NCBI GenBank assembly: GCA_958295925.1
Contig: CATQHL010000001.1
Span: 1,249,753 to 1,313,752 of the forward strand
From: an uncultured Acidimicrobiales bacterium
GTDB lineage: Bacteria > Actinomycetota > Acidimicrobiia > Acidimicrobiales > CATQHL01
Length of the DNA stretch: 64,000 bases
Reading direction: 5' to 3'
The notes under the pieces are model-generated. The model was not told the origin of the DNA, ran no database searches, and saw only the letters and a program-made list of their open reading frames with translations. A program made the translations under genes and the position numbers. Shown one piece after another: positions 8,654 to 18,830 of this stretch (within the stretch, counting starts at the first letter, position 1; the number at the start of each line of letters is the position of its first letter).

Positions 8654-9400
8654 GCCAATAGAACTCCCACTATGAATATAATAGTGTTAATACAGGCAGC
8701 AGGATTTGCCGAATTTCTTCCTAAGCCCGCTACTCTGAGTAGTATTAATCTGATTTGTACGAATAATATTCAATAATTCGAGACCAGTATCGAATTCCAT
8801 CGCAAACCTCAGGTGGCTTGTAAGGCGCCTATTCTCGCGCGTATCAGATCGCAGTACTCGGGGTTAATTTCAATAATCGCCTTTCAGCCCAGTCTCCTAC
8901 TGGAACCATTACTGCTTCCTGGTACATCTTAAAATGTCGTTGCTTGTTGAACTGAAGCAGACGCTCCCAAGAATCTCTGAAACGATTTGGCCACTTGCCC
9001 GGATAGCAGTTCTTTTTATGCCAGATGAACTCTTCTGTCCAGAGCCAACCTTGTTTGCGCATAGAAAGAATTAGTTCCAAGACATATGTGTGACGTTCAC
9101 CTTTGACAGCCTTTTCTTTGATGTTCAATATGAAAGCTCCATCTTGACGCAACACTCGCTTTATTTCGGAGGCAATGGGAATGAACCATTCCACGTATTC
9201 ATCTGGATGGATTCCTCCGTACGTAGAACGTCGCTGGTCCGCATAAGGTGGCGAGGTTACTACCAAGTCCACAGACTCAGCTGGCATAGTAGACAAAACG
9301 ACCTTCGCATCTCCTTCAATGATTGTCACCCTGTCTTCCCGCGCTGAAATCTCCCTACCTCCTTCATACGTTGTGCTCTGTCACCGCTGTTTCTGTTAGC
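8654..9400. other. low-GC patch holding a decayed R-M remnant
   Basis: Sampled lines are roughly 35-45% GC, against about 65% in the flanking MidA-like and nuoN genes. No integrase, tRNA or flanking direct repeat was recognised. Confidence 0.6.
8809..9329 (-). pseudogene. N4/N6 DNA methyltransferase (beta-class, SPPY) remnant with an internal deletion and frameshift
   Basis: The 161-aa ORF 8844..9329 has DLVVTSPPYADQR (catalytic motif IV) and HPDEYVEWFIPIASEIKRVLRQDGAFILNI, but no FxGxG SAM-binding motif. A different frame at 8883..8809 reads KAIIEINPEYCDLIRARIGALQAT*, which is the usual extreme C-terminus of this family. The middle of the gene, about 70-100 codons including motif I, is therefore missing. 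Confidence 0.75.
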
Positions 9401-9637
9401 GACATCTGTGAACTTCCCGGAAGATAGGCAAGATGCCACAGACAAACTGAGACTAGCACAAGCCTGCGACATCAGCCGACATCCCCCACCCCCGCTAGAG
9501 GACAACTGCTTTCGGCGCAATCACGCTCTTCTCGGCGACAGCCGCTCAAACGCAAGATCTTTAGGGGATGCAGTGCACCGCCAAATGTCGCACCTGCGTG
9601 CGAGGGCCTATCGAGCCGCCCGATTAGGAGACAGTCG

Positions 9638-11284
9638 CTAACCAGGAAATGGTGACAGCAGCGACACGTCGGTGAGGGTGCTCACCGTAAACGGCAGTAT
9701 GCCGAAGACCAGCGTTGCGAGCGAAGTGATGGTGAGCGCCGCCCGCAGGGAAAAGGGCAGAAGATTCAGAGGGGTGCGAACCATCGCGGGAATCGGCTGC
9801 GTGGAATCGGAAAGCGGCGCAGCGGCTGCAGGATCGGGGCTCGCACCCTCTTCCGACACCCCGACTGATGCAACTTCGGGGACGGCTTCGGCCGACGCAG
9901 CCCAGGGCTTCTCAAACCACATGCGGGCGGCGATCTTGCCGTAGTAGCCCACAGCGATCACAGCGTTAACAGCGGCGACGGCCGCAAGTACGTAACCCGA
10001 GGCGTTGTCGGCGGAAACAAGCGCCTTGAACACGACGAACTTTGCAAACCATCCGCCTGCCGGCGGTATGCCCGCCAGGGATGCCAGGAAGATCGTCATC
10101 ACCACGGCCATGGCCGGAAAGGTGCGAAACAGCCCGTTGTAAGAGGCGACATCGCCGGTGCGGGTTCGCCGCGCAACTGACATGATCACCGCAAAGGTGC
10201 CCAGGTTCATCGCTGCGTAGATCACCAGGTAGGTCAGCACCGCGGACGTGGCGTCGTCGGCAGCCAGGGTGCTGCTGCCGGCAATCGCAAGCGGCGCAAT
10301 CATGAATCCGGCCTGGGCGACGCCCGAATAGGCCATCAGGCGCACGATGTTCTTCTGCCGTAAGGCCATCAGGTTGCCGGCGGTCATCGACGCGGCGGCC
10401 AGGAACCACAGCAGCGGCCCGTAGACGTTGGAGCGCTCCCAGAATCCCACATAGACCAGGGCCATAAGCGCAACGAAGCCGGCGGTCTTGGACGCCACCG
10501 AAAGGAAGGCCGTGATAGGGGTGGGTGAGCCCTCGTAGACATCCGGCGCCCAGGTGTGGAAGGGAAACGCCGAGACCTTGAAGGCGAACCCCACAATCAC
10601 GAACACCACCCCCAAGATCACCACAGCGGACGACGCTGAACCGCTTGACAGGCCGGGGGAGGCGGAGATTTCCGAAAGGATCGTGCTGCCGGACACGCCG
10701 AAGAGCAGGGACATGCCGTAGAGCATGATCGCCGAGGCGAACACCCCCATCAGATAGTACTTCACCCCCGCCTCGTTGCTCCGGAGGTCGCGCTTGCGCC
10801 AGGTGGCCAGCAGGTAAGCCGGGATGGAGAGCAGTTCGAGGGCCACGAAGATGCTGATGAGGTCGCGGGCCGAGGACATCACAACCATGCCCAGAAGGGA
10901 GGAGAGCATCAGGCCGTAGTACTCGTTGCCCCAGTAGTCGCCCTCGGCCACGTAGTGGGTGGACATCAGGATCACCACATACCCGGCGGCCACGAACAGC
11001 CCCTTCAGCAACAGCGCAAAACCGTCCACCACGTAGGCCCCGCCGAAGAGCACCCGGGGCTCGCCCACCACCCCGGCGGCCAGCAGCGTGAAAATCGGCA
11101 CCAGCACACCCAGCATGCCCAGCCCGGCCAGTACGGGTGTTATGTTCCTGCCTCGCTCAGCCAGCAAGACATCAAGCGTTGTGAGCAGGGCTCCCACCCC
11201 CAGCAGGGTGAGTTCCGGCGCAAGGGCGTGCCAGTCGATGTGCGGCCGGATGAAGCCGACAACCCCCAGAACGTCAAGCGCCAT
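9638..11284 (-). CDS. nuoN: NADH-quinone oxidoreductase subunit N (operon 1)
   Basis: 548-aa polytopic antiporter-like protein at the last position of the operon; it has a WAPDVYEGSPTPITAF motif. Confidence 0.9.
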   Translation of the reverse strand: MALDVLGVVGFIRPHIDWHALAPELTLLGVGALLTTLDVLLAERGRNITPVLAGLGMLGVLVPIFTLLAAGVVGEPRVLFGGAYVVDGFALLLKGLFVAAGYVVILMSTHYVAEGDYWGNEYYGLMLSSLLGMVVMSSARDLISIFVALELLSIPAYLLATWRKRDLRSNEAGVKYYLMGVFASAIMLYGMSLLFGVSGSTILSEISASPGLSSGSASSAVVILGVVFVIVGFAFKVSAFPFHTWAPDVYEGSPTPITAFLSVASKTAGFVALMALVYVGFWERSNVYGPLLWFLAAASMTAGNLMALRQKNIVRLMAYSGVAQAGFMIAPLAIAGSSTLAADDATSAVLTYLVIYAAMNLGTFAVIMSVARRTRTGDVASYNGLFRTFPAMAVVMTIFLASLAGIPPAGGWFAKFVVFKALVSADNASGYVLAAVAAVNAVIAVGYYGKIAARMWFEKPWAASAEAVPEVASVGVSEEGASPDPAAAAPLSDSTQPIPAMVRTPLNLLPFSLRAALTITSLATLVFGILPFTVSTLTDVSLLSPFPG

Positions 11285-11287
11285 CAG

Positions 11288-12934
11288 TCAGTTCCCCTGG
11301 GTTTGCTTGATTTCGGTGCGACGTTCGTCGAAGCACGTCCATCCGTCGTCGGAATCAAGGCAGTCCTGAGCAGAACCAGCAATCGAGGGCACCTCCAGCG
11401 ACTCCCGCACCGCCGGGTCGGTGGCCTCATGCAGCAGCCTGGGGTAGAACCCAAGCACGACGATCAGCACCAGCAGGGGCGCCCAGGAGATGTACTCGTG
11501 TCGCTTCACGTCCTTTATGTCAGGGGAGTTCGCGAACTCCTTGCGGGCCTTGCCGAAGGCCGTCTTCTGCAGCATCCAGAGCAGATAGCCGGCAGCCAGC
11601 ACCGTGCCGACGGCAGCTATCACCATGTAGGCGCGGAACACGCCCTGATGAAGGATGGCAGCCGGGCTGTAGGAGGCCAGGATGGCTGGGAACTCACCCC
11701 AGAACCCCGCCAGGCCGGGCAGGCCAAGTGAGGCCATGACGCAGAACCCAAGCATCCAGCCCATGCGCGGGGCCTGTTTCAACAGCCCGCCGAGGCGGGA
11801 CATCTCCAGGGTGTGGTAGCGCTCCTTCATCGAGCCGGCAAGGAAGAAGAGCATTCCGGTTATGAGTCCGTGGGCGACCATCCCGAAAACTGCGGCGTTG
11901 ACGCCAAAGGGGGTGAGGGTGGCGATGCCGAGCATCACAAACCCCATGTGCGCGACCGAGCTGAATGCGATCAGCCGCTTCATATCTCGCTGAGCCAGGC
12001 ACCCAAGGGCGCCGTAGATGATGCCTATCACGGCAAGAAGGCCGATCACCGGCGCCCAGGCGGCGGCCGCCTCAGGAAGCATCGGCACCGCCACGCGCAC
12101 GAAACCGTAGGTTCCCAGCTTCAGCAACACCGCCGCCAAAATCACTGAACCAACCGTCGGCGCCTCGGTGTGGGCGTCGGGCAGCCAGGTGTGGAACGGG
12201 AACATGGGCACCTTCACCCCGAAGCCCAGGAACATCCCGGCGAAAATCCAGACCTGGCTGGTGCGGGCGATTGCGGCGGTGGCGCCGCCGGAGAGTGCTC
12301 GCATGTCGAACGTCCGCACGGCGTCAAGCCCGGCGAGGGTGCCGTCGGCCAGGAAGAACATCGCAAGGAAGCTGATGAGCATCAAGGCCGAGCCGAAGAG
12401 GGTGTACAAGAAGAACTTGATGGAGGCGTAGCGTCGGTTCTCGCCGCCCCAGACACCGATCATGAAGTACATCGGCAGCAGGACAATCTCAAAGAAGACG
12501 AAGAACAAAATGAGGTCTTGCGCAACGAATGTGCCCACCATTCCCGTCTGAAGGATCAGCAGAAGCGTGAGGAACGACTTGGGGTTGCGCGGCTCGGGAA
12601 AGTGGTCGAAGGAGTAGACGATGCAGAGCGGCACCACCAGCAGCGTGAGCAATATCAGGGGCAGGGAGATGCCGTCTATCCCCATGATGTAGCGGCTGTT
12701 GATTGTCTCGATCCAAGGCTTGTCGACCACAAACTGCAGGTCGCCCGCTCGGGAGGTGTCGAACCAACTCAGAAGGAACACGCCAATCAGCGCCGCTAGC
12801 AGCGACGAACCCAAGGCGACGACCTTTAGCGACCACTCGTTGCGCTTGGGGATTGCCAGCAGCACGAGAGCGCCCAGCATCGGCACGAAGGTGACGAGCG
12901 TCAGCCCCCATCCGTTCAGAAAATCTTGCATCAA
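11288..12934 (-). CDS. nuoM: NADH-quinone oxidoreductase subunit M (operon 1)
   Basis: 548 aa; contains FGVKVPMFPFHTWLPDAHTEAPT. Position and family are typical of NuoM. Confidence 0.9.
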   Translation of the reverse strand: MMQDFLNGWGLTLVTFVPMLGALVLLAIPKRNEWSLKVVALGSSLLAALIGVFLLSWFDTSRAGDLQFVVDKPWIETINSRYIMGIDGISLPLILLTLLVVPLCIVYSFDHFPEPRNPKSFLTLLLILQTGMVGTFVAQDLILFFVFFEIVLLPMYFMIGVWGGENRRYASIKFFLYTLFGSALMLISFLAMFFLADGTLAGLDAVRTFDMRALSGGATAAIARTSQVWIFAGMFLGFGVKVPMFPFHTWLPDAHTEAPTVGSVILAAVLLKLGTYGFVRVAVPMLPEAAAAWAPVIGLLAVIGIIYGALGCLAQRDMKRLIAFSSVAHMGFVMLGIATLTPFGVNAAVFGMVAHGLITGMLFFLAGSMKERYHTLEMSRLGGLLKQAPRMGWMLGFCVMASLGLPGLAGFWGEFPAILASYSPAAILHQGVFRAYMVIAAVGTVLAAGYLLWMLQKTAFGKARKEFANSPDIKDVKRHEYISWAPLLVLIVVLGFYPRLLHEATDPAVRESLEVPSIAGSAQDCLDSDDGWTCFDERRTEIKQTQGN

Positions 12935-12941
12935 CAGCCTC

Positions 12942-15104
12942 CTATAAGACCAGGATGAGCACCACGGCGATCAGTGCCGCCACCACGAACATGACTCCTG
13001 CGTACTGCTGCACCTTGCCGGTCTGCATCCGGCGGATCTCCTCGCCGGCGCCGTGCGAAGCCCTCCCCGTGGCGTTCACAACGCCGTCTACGACTTTCTG
13101 ATCAATCTTGTCGTAGAGAACGTGACCTGCGGACACCGCCTTGCGGCCGGCCTGGTTGACCACTTCGTCGATGCCGCGCTGGTTCAGCCAGTAGGCGCCC
13201 CTTGCCACCGGGCCGGCGGTGCCCTTGGCCAGGATGTCGGTGTAGAGATGGTCGAGGTAGTACTTGCGGGCGAGCAGCCTGTGGCCAAGACGGGCGATGC
13301 GGAAACGGCTGGTGAGGCCGTTGGGCAACTCTGTGGCCGAACCCCCCAGGGCCCGAACCTTCACGAAGTAGTAGTAGTACGCGGCCCCCAGCCCGAACAG
13401 CACCACGAGGGTGGAGAAGGCCGCCAGGGTCCAGCTGGGCGTGGCGTGGGCTATGTGGGGGAAGTAGAAACCCTCCGCGGCGCGAGGCTCAACGTAGTGG
13501 CCGAACTGCTCCCGCCATCCTTTGGGGACGATCTGGAATCCCTTGGGAAGGTTCGTCCACCCTGCGCCAACCGCGAACACGGCCAGTATCCAGAGCGGGA
13601 CGGTGATCCGGCGCCCGGACTCGTGAGGGTGACCGTGCCCACGGTATGTCCCGAAAAAGGTGAGGTAGACGCAGCGGGTCATGTAGGCGGCGGTGAGGGC
13701 GGCGGTGAGCATCGCCATGAACAAGACGAAGGTGTATGCGCCGTTGCCGCCTGTGCCGCCAAAAGCCCCCCAGCCACCCGTGCCCGCCAAGATCTCATCC
13801 TTCGACCAGAATCCTGCCAAAGGCGCAAGCCCGGCCAGCGCCAGGGAGGCGATGACGAACGTCCGGAAGGTGTGCGGCATGTGCTTTCTCAAGCCGCCCA
13901 TGTCCTTTTTCATGTCGAAGCTGTGCACGGCGTGTGAGACCGAGCCCGAACCCAGGAACAGGCAGGCCTTGAAGAAGGCGTGCGTGAAAAGGTGAAAGAC
14001 CGCCGCCGTCCAGGCTCCCACCCCCAGCGCCAGCACCATGTAGCCCAACTGGCTGATGGTGCTGTACGCCAGCACGCGCTTTATGTCGGTCTGGACGAAC
14101 GCCAGTGAAGCCCCCACCAGCGTGGTAATGCCGCCCATAATCGCCAAGGCGTTCACAGAGGAACCCGCTATGGCCAATCCCTCGAAGAACACGGCGAACA
14201 GGCGGGCGACCATGTAGACCCCGGCCACCACCATCGTGGCGGCGTGGATGAGCGCGGAGACAGGGGTGGGGCCGGCCATGGCGTCGGGCAGCCAGGTATG
14301 CAGAAAGAACTGCCCCGACTTCGACATCACCGCAGCCATCAGGCACAGCGACGCGGCAAGCAGCAATCCGTGGGCGATGGAACCCTCTGCAGCCAGCGAG
14401 TTGATCTTCACCACCGAGAAGGAATCGGCCGCAAAGAACAATATGGCCATCCCTATGAGCAGGCCGATGTCGCCCACACGGTTGGTGAGGAAAGCCTTGA
14501 GCGCGGCGTTGGAGTTGGCCTTCTCCTCCCACCAGTGGCCAATGAGAACGAAGGAGCACACACCCACCATCTCCCAGCCCAGGATCATCTGAATCGTGTT
14601 CTCCGACAGCACGAAGAAGAGCATCGAAGCCGTGAACAGGGAAAGGAACGCAAAGAAGTGCGTGTAGCGAACGTCGCCTGCCACGTAATCGGTGGAGTAG
14701 ATGTGCACCAGCAGCGAAACGAGCGTCACCACAAAGATGAGCGCGACGGCAAGGCCGTCCACGAGCGTCCCGATTGTGAATGAGGTCCCGCCTGAGATCC
14801 ACCAGGTCCACTTGCTGATTGCCGGGGAGACGGCGGCGTCGCCAGCGGCGTTGACCGCGCCTATCCACTGCACGAGAGTCAACAGTCCCAGCACGAACGA
14901 AGCCGCCACGGCGGTGATGCCCACCTCCGAGCCGCCCCGCGGCATGCGTTTCCCGAAGAGCAGGATGATCAGGAAGGAAGCCGCCGGAATCAACGGGATG
15001 AGCCAGGCGTTGGCGAGGAACCAGCCGCCCGCCTTGACGACCTCTGCGCCCGCCTCGGCCGCAAAAACCGCAGGGGTGGTTGCGAAAGCGCCTAAGAGTC
15101 CCAC
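12942..15104 (-). CDS. nuoL: NADH-quinone oxidoreductase subunit L (operon 1)
   Basis: 720 aa; contains GWEMVGVCSFVLIGHWW and KSGQFFLHTWLPDAMAGPTPVSALIHAATMV. Confidence 0.9.
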   Translation of the reverse strand: MGLLGAFATTPAVFAAEAGAEVVKAGGWFLANAWLIPLIPAASFLIILLFGKRMPRGGSEVGITAVAASFVLGLLTLVQWIGAVNAAGDAAVSPAISKWTWWISGGTSFTIGTLVDGLAVALIFVVTLVSLLVHIYSTDYVAGDVRYTHFFAFLSLFTASMLFFVLSENTIQMILGWEMVGVCSFVLIGHWWEEKANSNAALKAFLTNRVGDIGLLIGMAILFFAADSFSVVKINSLAAEGSIAHGLLLAASLCLMAAVMSKSGQFFLHTWLPDAMAGPTPVSALIHAATMVVAGVYMVARLFAVFFEGLAIAGSSVNALAIMGGITTLVGASLAFVQTDIKRVLAYSTISQLGYMVLALGVGAWTAAVFHLFTHAFFKACLFLGSGSVSHAVHSFDMKKDMGGLRKHMPHTFRTFVIASLALAGLAPLAGFWSKDEILAGTGGWGAFGGTGGNGAYTFVLFMAMLTAALTAAYMTRCVYLTFFGTYRGHGHPHESGRRITVPLWILAVFAVGAGWTNLPKGFQIVPKGWREQFGHYVEPRAAEGFYFPHIAHATPSWTLAAFSTLVVLFGLGAAYYYYFVKVRALGGSATELPNGLTSRFRIARLGHRLLARKYYLDHLYTDILAKGTAGPVARGAYWLNQRGIDEVVNQAGRKAVSAGHVLYDKIDQKVVDGVVNATGRASHGAGEEIRRMQTGKVQQYAGVMFVVAALIAVVLILVL

Positions 15105-15113
15105 GCCAGTCCT

Positions 15114-15413
15114 TCAGCCTTTCATCATGTCGACGTCGTGGATGTCCACGCTGCGTCGGTTCCGGTACAGCAGCAGCAGGATGGCAAGGCCAACCCCCAC
15201 CTCGGCTGCGGCCACAGTGATCACGAACAGGGCGAAGACCTCCCCCACCACGGTCTGGACGTAGCTCCCGAACGCCACCAGGTTGATGTTCACGGCGTTG
15301 AGGATGAGCTCAATCGACATCAGCACCAGCACGCCGTTGCGTCGCGCCAGCACGCCGTAGACGCCGATGGAGAAAAGCACCGCTGAGAGCACCAGGAACT
15401 GGTTCAACCACAT
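15114..15413 (-). CDS. nuoK: NADH-quinone oxidoreductase subunit K (operon 1)
   Basis: 99 aa with three TM helices; contains [16 protein letters not shown] and [13 protein letters not shown]. Confidence 0.9.
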   Translation of the reverse strand: MWLNQFLVLSAVLFSIGVYGVLARRNGVLVLMSIELILNAVNINLVAFGSYVQTVVGEVFALFVITVAAAEVGVGLAILLLLYRNRRSVDIHDVDMMKG

Positions 15414-15419
15414 TGTCGG

Positions 15420-15929
15420 CTACTCCCTGCGCGCCACGACGATGGCACCAATCAGAGCAGCCAACAGCAGCACCGAGACGGCCTCGAACGGGATGATGTA
15501 TTGGGAGAAGATGGAATCCGACACCTCAGCGGTGGTGGTGCGGGTGTCCGCCCCCAGTTCCGCGTCGCCGAAGCCTGCGATGACGGTGTAGATGGTCACG
15601 CCAGCCACAGCCAAGCCGGCCAGGATTGCCCCGAGTCGGTTGCGATGGTCTGTCTTCTCCTCGTCGCCGATGCGGGTTCGGGTAAGCATTATTCCGAAGA
15701 GGAAGAGAATGATCACCGCCCCGATGTAGATGAGAATCTGGGTGATGCCCACAAACTCCGCGCCCATCAGCAGGAACAGCGCAGCCACCCCACCCAGCAC
15801 CCCTACCAGGTACAGGGCGGCGTGAACCACGTTGCGGGTGGTCACCAGCCGCAACGCTGCGAAGACCATCAGAGCGGCGATCACCCAAAAGACGACGTTC
15901 TGCGCAACCAGCAGGGAAAATACGCTCAC
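15420..15929 (-). CDS. nuoJ: NADH-quinone oxidoreductase subunit J (operon 1)
   Basis: The track ORF 15420..16154 overlaps nuoI in another frame. I trimmed it to the GTG at 15929 (residue 76), giving VSVFSLLVAQNVVFWVIAALMVFAALRLV..., 12 nt after the nuoI stop. Confidence 0.85.
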   Translation of the reverse strand: MSVFSLLVAQNVVFWVIAALMVFAALRLVTTRNVVHAALYLVGVLGGVAALFLLMGAEFVGITQILIYIGAVIILFLFGIMLTRTRIGDEEKTDHRNRLGAILAGLAVAGVTIYTVIAGFGDAELGADTRTTTAEVSDSIFSQYIIPFEAVSVLLLAALIGAIVVARRE

Positions 15930-15942
15930 CCGCCAAGACCTC

Positions 15943-16473
15943 TCACTGCGGCACGGCCCGCTTTTTCTGGGTGGAGCCCGCTTCGTAGCCCTCAAACTCC
16001 GGAACCGTGTCCATCCAGTCGGCCAGGCGGTCGGCGTCGTGCAGCAAATCGGCAATGCGGGGTTCGGAGTACTCGAACTCCGGGCTCCAGAAGAGGGCGT
16101 CGAAGGGGCAGACCTCCACGCAGATTCCGCAGTACATGCACAGCGCGTAGTCAATGTCGAAGCGGTCGATCTTGTTGCGCTGGCGAGGCTTGCCGCCAGG
16201 GCGACGCGGGGGGGCGAGTTCCTTGTGCCCCTCTATGTAGATGCACCAGTCGGGGCACTCCCTTGCACAGAGCATGCACACTGTGCAGTTGTCGTGATGC
16301 AGGCCGATCACGCCCCTGGCCCTGGTAACCGGCTCCTCCTTGACATGCGGATACTGAACGGTGTGCGCCCCGCGGGTGGGCGATGGCGGCTTTGTGAGCC
16401 CATCGGGAAACAGGGTGCGGAGCATCGTGCGCGCCGTCACGCCCATTCCTGTCAAGAGTCCTTTTCCTTTCAT
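15943..16473 (-). CDS. nuoI: NADH-quinone oxidoreductase subunit I (operon 1), 2x[4Fe-4S]
   Basis: 176 aa; [12 protein letters not shown] and [12 protein letters not shown] ferredoxin motifs. Confidence 0.9.
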   Translation of the reverse strand: MKGKGLLTGMGVTARTMLRTLFPDGLTKPPSPTRGAHTVQYPHVKEEPVTRARGVIGLHHDNCTVCMLCARECPDWCIYIEGHKELAPPRRPGGKPRQRNKIDRFDIDYALCMYCGICVEVCPFDALFWSPEFEYSEPRIADLLHDADRLADWMDTVPEFEGYEAGSTQKKRAVPQ

Positions 16474-16614
16474 GCTTTCACCCTTCCTGGCTGTTGACCG
16501 ACAGCTTTCCGGTGTTTGAACGACCAGACAGGTCGCAGGCCATCGATGCCTGACGACAGCGGGAGTTCAAAAAGACGAAGCCCGTCCTGCGCTTCGCCCG
16601 CGCACCAGCGCACA

Positions 16615-17664
16615 TCACACAAACACCTTGAATATGCCTGTCATGACGATGTTCAACAACGAGAGCGGGATGAGGACCTTCCAGGCGAACTTCTGAAGCT
16701 GGTCTTCCCGCAGGCGAGGGAAGGTGAAGCGAAACCAGAAGATCAACGCCGAGACGGCCATGATCTTCACGAACATAACGATGGGGCCAACCAGGTTCAG
16801 CCAGTTGGAGTCCACGTCGAAGCCCGGCACGTACCAGCCACCAAGGAAGAGGACTGAGGCGATTCCTGCGAAGGCGAAGGCCGTGCCGAACTCCGCCATG
16901 AAGAAAAAGAGAAAACGGAAGCCGGTGTACTCCACCTGGTAGCCCCCCACCAGTTCCGACTCGGCGACCGGCATGTCAAACGGGGGCTGGGTGAGCTCGG
17001 CCTGGACCGCCACGAGGAAGATGGCGAAGCCCACGAACTGCGTGAGGATGAAGGGAAAGCCGATCCCGCCCCAGCCGAACAGTTCGCCGGTGGCCTGCGC
17101 CACGACGATCTTGTTGAGATCCAGCGTGCCCGCCTGGATCACAACCCCCATCACCGCCAGAACCAGCGGCAGTTCATAGGCGATGAGCTGGCCTGCGGCA
17201 CGCATCCCGCCCATCAGCGCGTACTTGTTGGCGGAGCCCCAGCCCGCCATCAGCACCCCTATCACCGAGAGCGAAGCAACCGCCAGGGCGAAGAACAGGC
17301 CGGCGTCAAGCCCCGAGACAACGGCGTCAGGCCCCATCGGCAGAACCACGTACAGCAGGAAAGTGGAGATCAGCACCACGGCGGGCGCAAGGGCGAAGAC
17401 GGCGCGGTCGGCCCGACGGGGGAACACGTCCTCTTTCTGCAGGAACTTGAGGCCGTCGGCCAGGAGCTGCAGCGAGCCGTGCGGTCCGGCTTCCATCGGC
17501 CCGAGGCGGCTCTGCATGAAGCTCATCATCTTCAGCAGGAACACGTACCCCAATATGAGGGCCGCGGTGGGGATCACGATGGCCACAACCACCAGCTTGA
17601 TGGCGGTCTGCTGCCAGTAGGCCAGCTCGACGGCGAAGACGCTCAGGGACGCGGCGGCGCTCAT
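16615..17664 (-). CDS. nuoH: NADH-quinone oxidoreductase subunit H (operon 1)
   Basis: 349 aa; contains SRLGPMEAGPHGSLQLLADGLKF and PFDMPVAESELVGGYQVEY. Confidence 0.9.
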   Translation of the reverse strand: MSAAASLSVFAVELAYWQQTAIKLVVVAIVIPTAALILGYVFLLKMMSFMQSRLGPMEAGPHGSLQLLADGLKFLQKEDVFPRRADRAVFALAPAVVLISTFLLYVVLPMGPDAVVSGLDAGLFFALAVASLSVIGVLMAGWGSANKYALMGGMRAAGQLIAYELPLVLAVMGVVIQAGTLDLNKIVVAQATGELFGWGGIGFPFILTQFVGFAIFLVAVQAELTQPPFDMPVAESELVGGYQVEYTGFRFLFFFMAEFGTAFAFAGIASVLFLGGWYVPGFDVDSNWLNLVGPIVMFVKIMAVSALIFWFRFTFPRLREDQLQKFAWKVLIPLSLLNIVMTGIFKVFV

Positions 17665-18830
17665 CGGTCGATGTCACCCAGGATGAAGTAGAGGCTGGCC
17701 AGGATGGTGATCACGTCGGGCACGTACACGCCTCGGAGCACCCACGGCACAACAGAGATGTTGCTGAATGAGGCGGAGCGGATCTTCACCCTGAAAGGCG
17801 CCAACTCGCCCTTGCTCACCACGTAGTAGCCCATCACTCCAAGGGGGTTCTCAGTGGCCACGTATGCCTCGCCCGCGGGCACCTTGATGATGCGCGGCAC
17901 CTTGGCCATGATCGGCCCCGAAGGCAGCCCGTCGAGGAGCTGCTCGACCATGTAGGTGGCTTCCCGGGTTTCCTGCAGCCGTACCCAGTAACGGGCGAAG
18001 GAGTCGCCGTCGGGGTGCGTCCAGACCTTCCAGTCCAACGACTCGTAAGCCAGGCCGCAGGGGTTGTCGCGGCGCATGTCCCAGTCAACCCCGGCGGCGC
18101 GGAGGTTTGCGCCGGAAAGCCCGAAGGACGCCGCCACATGGTCGGGAATGACCCCCACGCCCCGTGTGCGGGCTTCAAAGATCTCGTTGCCCATCAGCAG
18201 GTCTTCAAGCTCATCGCAGAAACCGCGCATCTTTGCCATCACGCTCTTGGTCTCGGCGATCCAGCCCGCCGGCAGGTCGTCTTTAAGCCCGCCGATTCGG
18301 TCGAAGTTGGGGTGAAAGCGCCCGCCCGTGACCGCCTCTATCTGGTTGAGCACGAACTCCCTGTCTCTGAAGGCGAAGAAGACGGGGGTGAGGGCGCCCA
18401 GCTGCACGCCCATGTCGCCTAGGAACAGGGAGATGTTGGCGATTCTGGAGAGCTCGAACAGGGCGGTGCGAATCCACTGTGCGCGGGGCGGGGCCTCTAT
18501 ATCCATCAGTCGCTCGGCGGCGAGGATGAACGGCACCTCGTTGGCGAAGCTCCCCAGCCAGTCGATGCGGTTGATGAGGGTGGTGACCTGCGGATACGTG
18601 CGCACCTCCGCCAGCTTTTCGTAGCCCCGATGCATGTAGCCCATCACTGGCTCGGCGGCCACTACCTGCTCGCCGTCCAGGCGGGCCACGATGCGCAGGG
18701 TGCCGTGGGTGGCGGGGTGCTGCGGGCCGATGTTGAGGGTCATCCCCTCCGTCTCCAGCTCGACGTTGACCCTGGCGTCGGCCGACGCTGCGTCTACGTA
18801 CGCCTGCTGCTCCCTTTCGGTGAACGTCAC
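17661..18830 (-). CDS. nuoD: NADH-quinone oxidoreductase subunit D (operon 1)
   Basis: Track ORF 17661..19022 trimmed to the GTG at 18830 (residue 65), which forms a GTGA overlap with the nuoC stop. Contains MTLNIGPQHPATHGTLRIV. Confidence 0.9.
   Translation of the reverse strand: MTFTEREQQAYVDAASADARVNVELETEGMTLNIGPQHPATHGTLRIVARLDGEQVVAAEPVMGYMHRGYEKLAEVRTYPQVTTLINRIDWLGSFANEVPFILAAERLMDIEAPPRAQWIRTALFELSRIANISLFLGDMGVQLGALTPVFFAFRDREFVLNQIEAVTGGRFHPNFDRIGGLKDDLPAGWIAETKSVMAKMRGFCDELEDLLMGNEIFEARTRGVGVIPDHVAASFGLSGANLRAAGVDWDMRRDNPCGLAYESLDWKVWTHPDGDSFARYWVRLQETREATYMVEQLLDGLPSGPIMAKVPRIIKVPAGEAYVATENPLGVMGYYVVSKGELAPFRVKIRSASFSNISVVPWVLRGVYVPDVITILASLYFILGDIDR

Noticed and set aside
8680-8790. 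A 37-codon minus-strand ORF (MEFDTGLELLNIIRTNQINTTQSSGLRKKFGKSCCLY) downstream of the methyltransferase remnant, possibly the stub of the cognate restriction endonuclease.
   Set aside because: It is too short and has no recognisable motif. It is mentioned only as context for the decayed R-M remnant.
15420-16154. N-terminal extensions given by the ORF track for nuoJ1 (to 16154), nuoD1 (to 19022), nuoC1 (to 19945), nuoK2 (to 41020), nuoJ2 (to 42084), nuoC2 (to 50258) and the ferredoxin (to 56419).
   Set aside because: The extended parts overlap the upstream nuo gene in another frame and translate to Arg/Pro-rich nonsense. Internal ATG or GTG codons that abut or overlap the upstream stop give products of normal subunit size, so I trimmed the genes.
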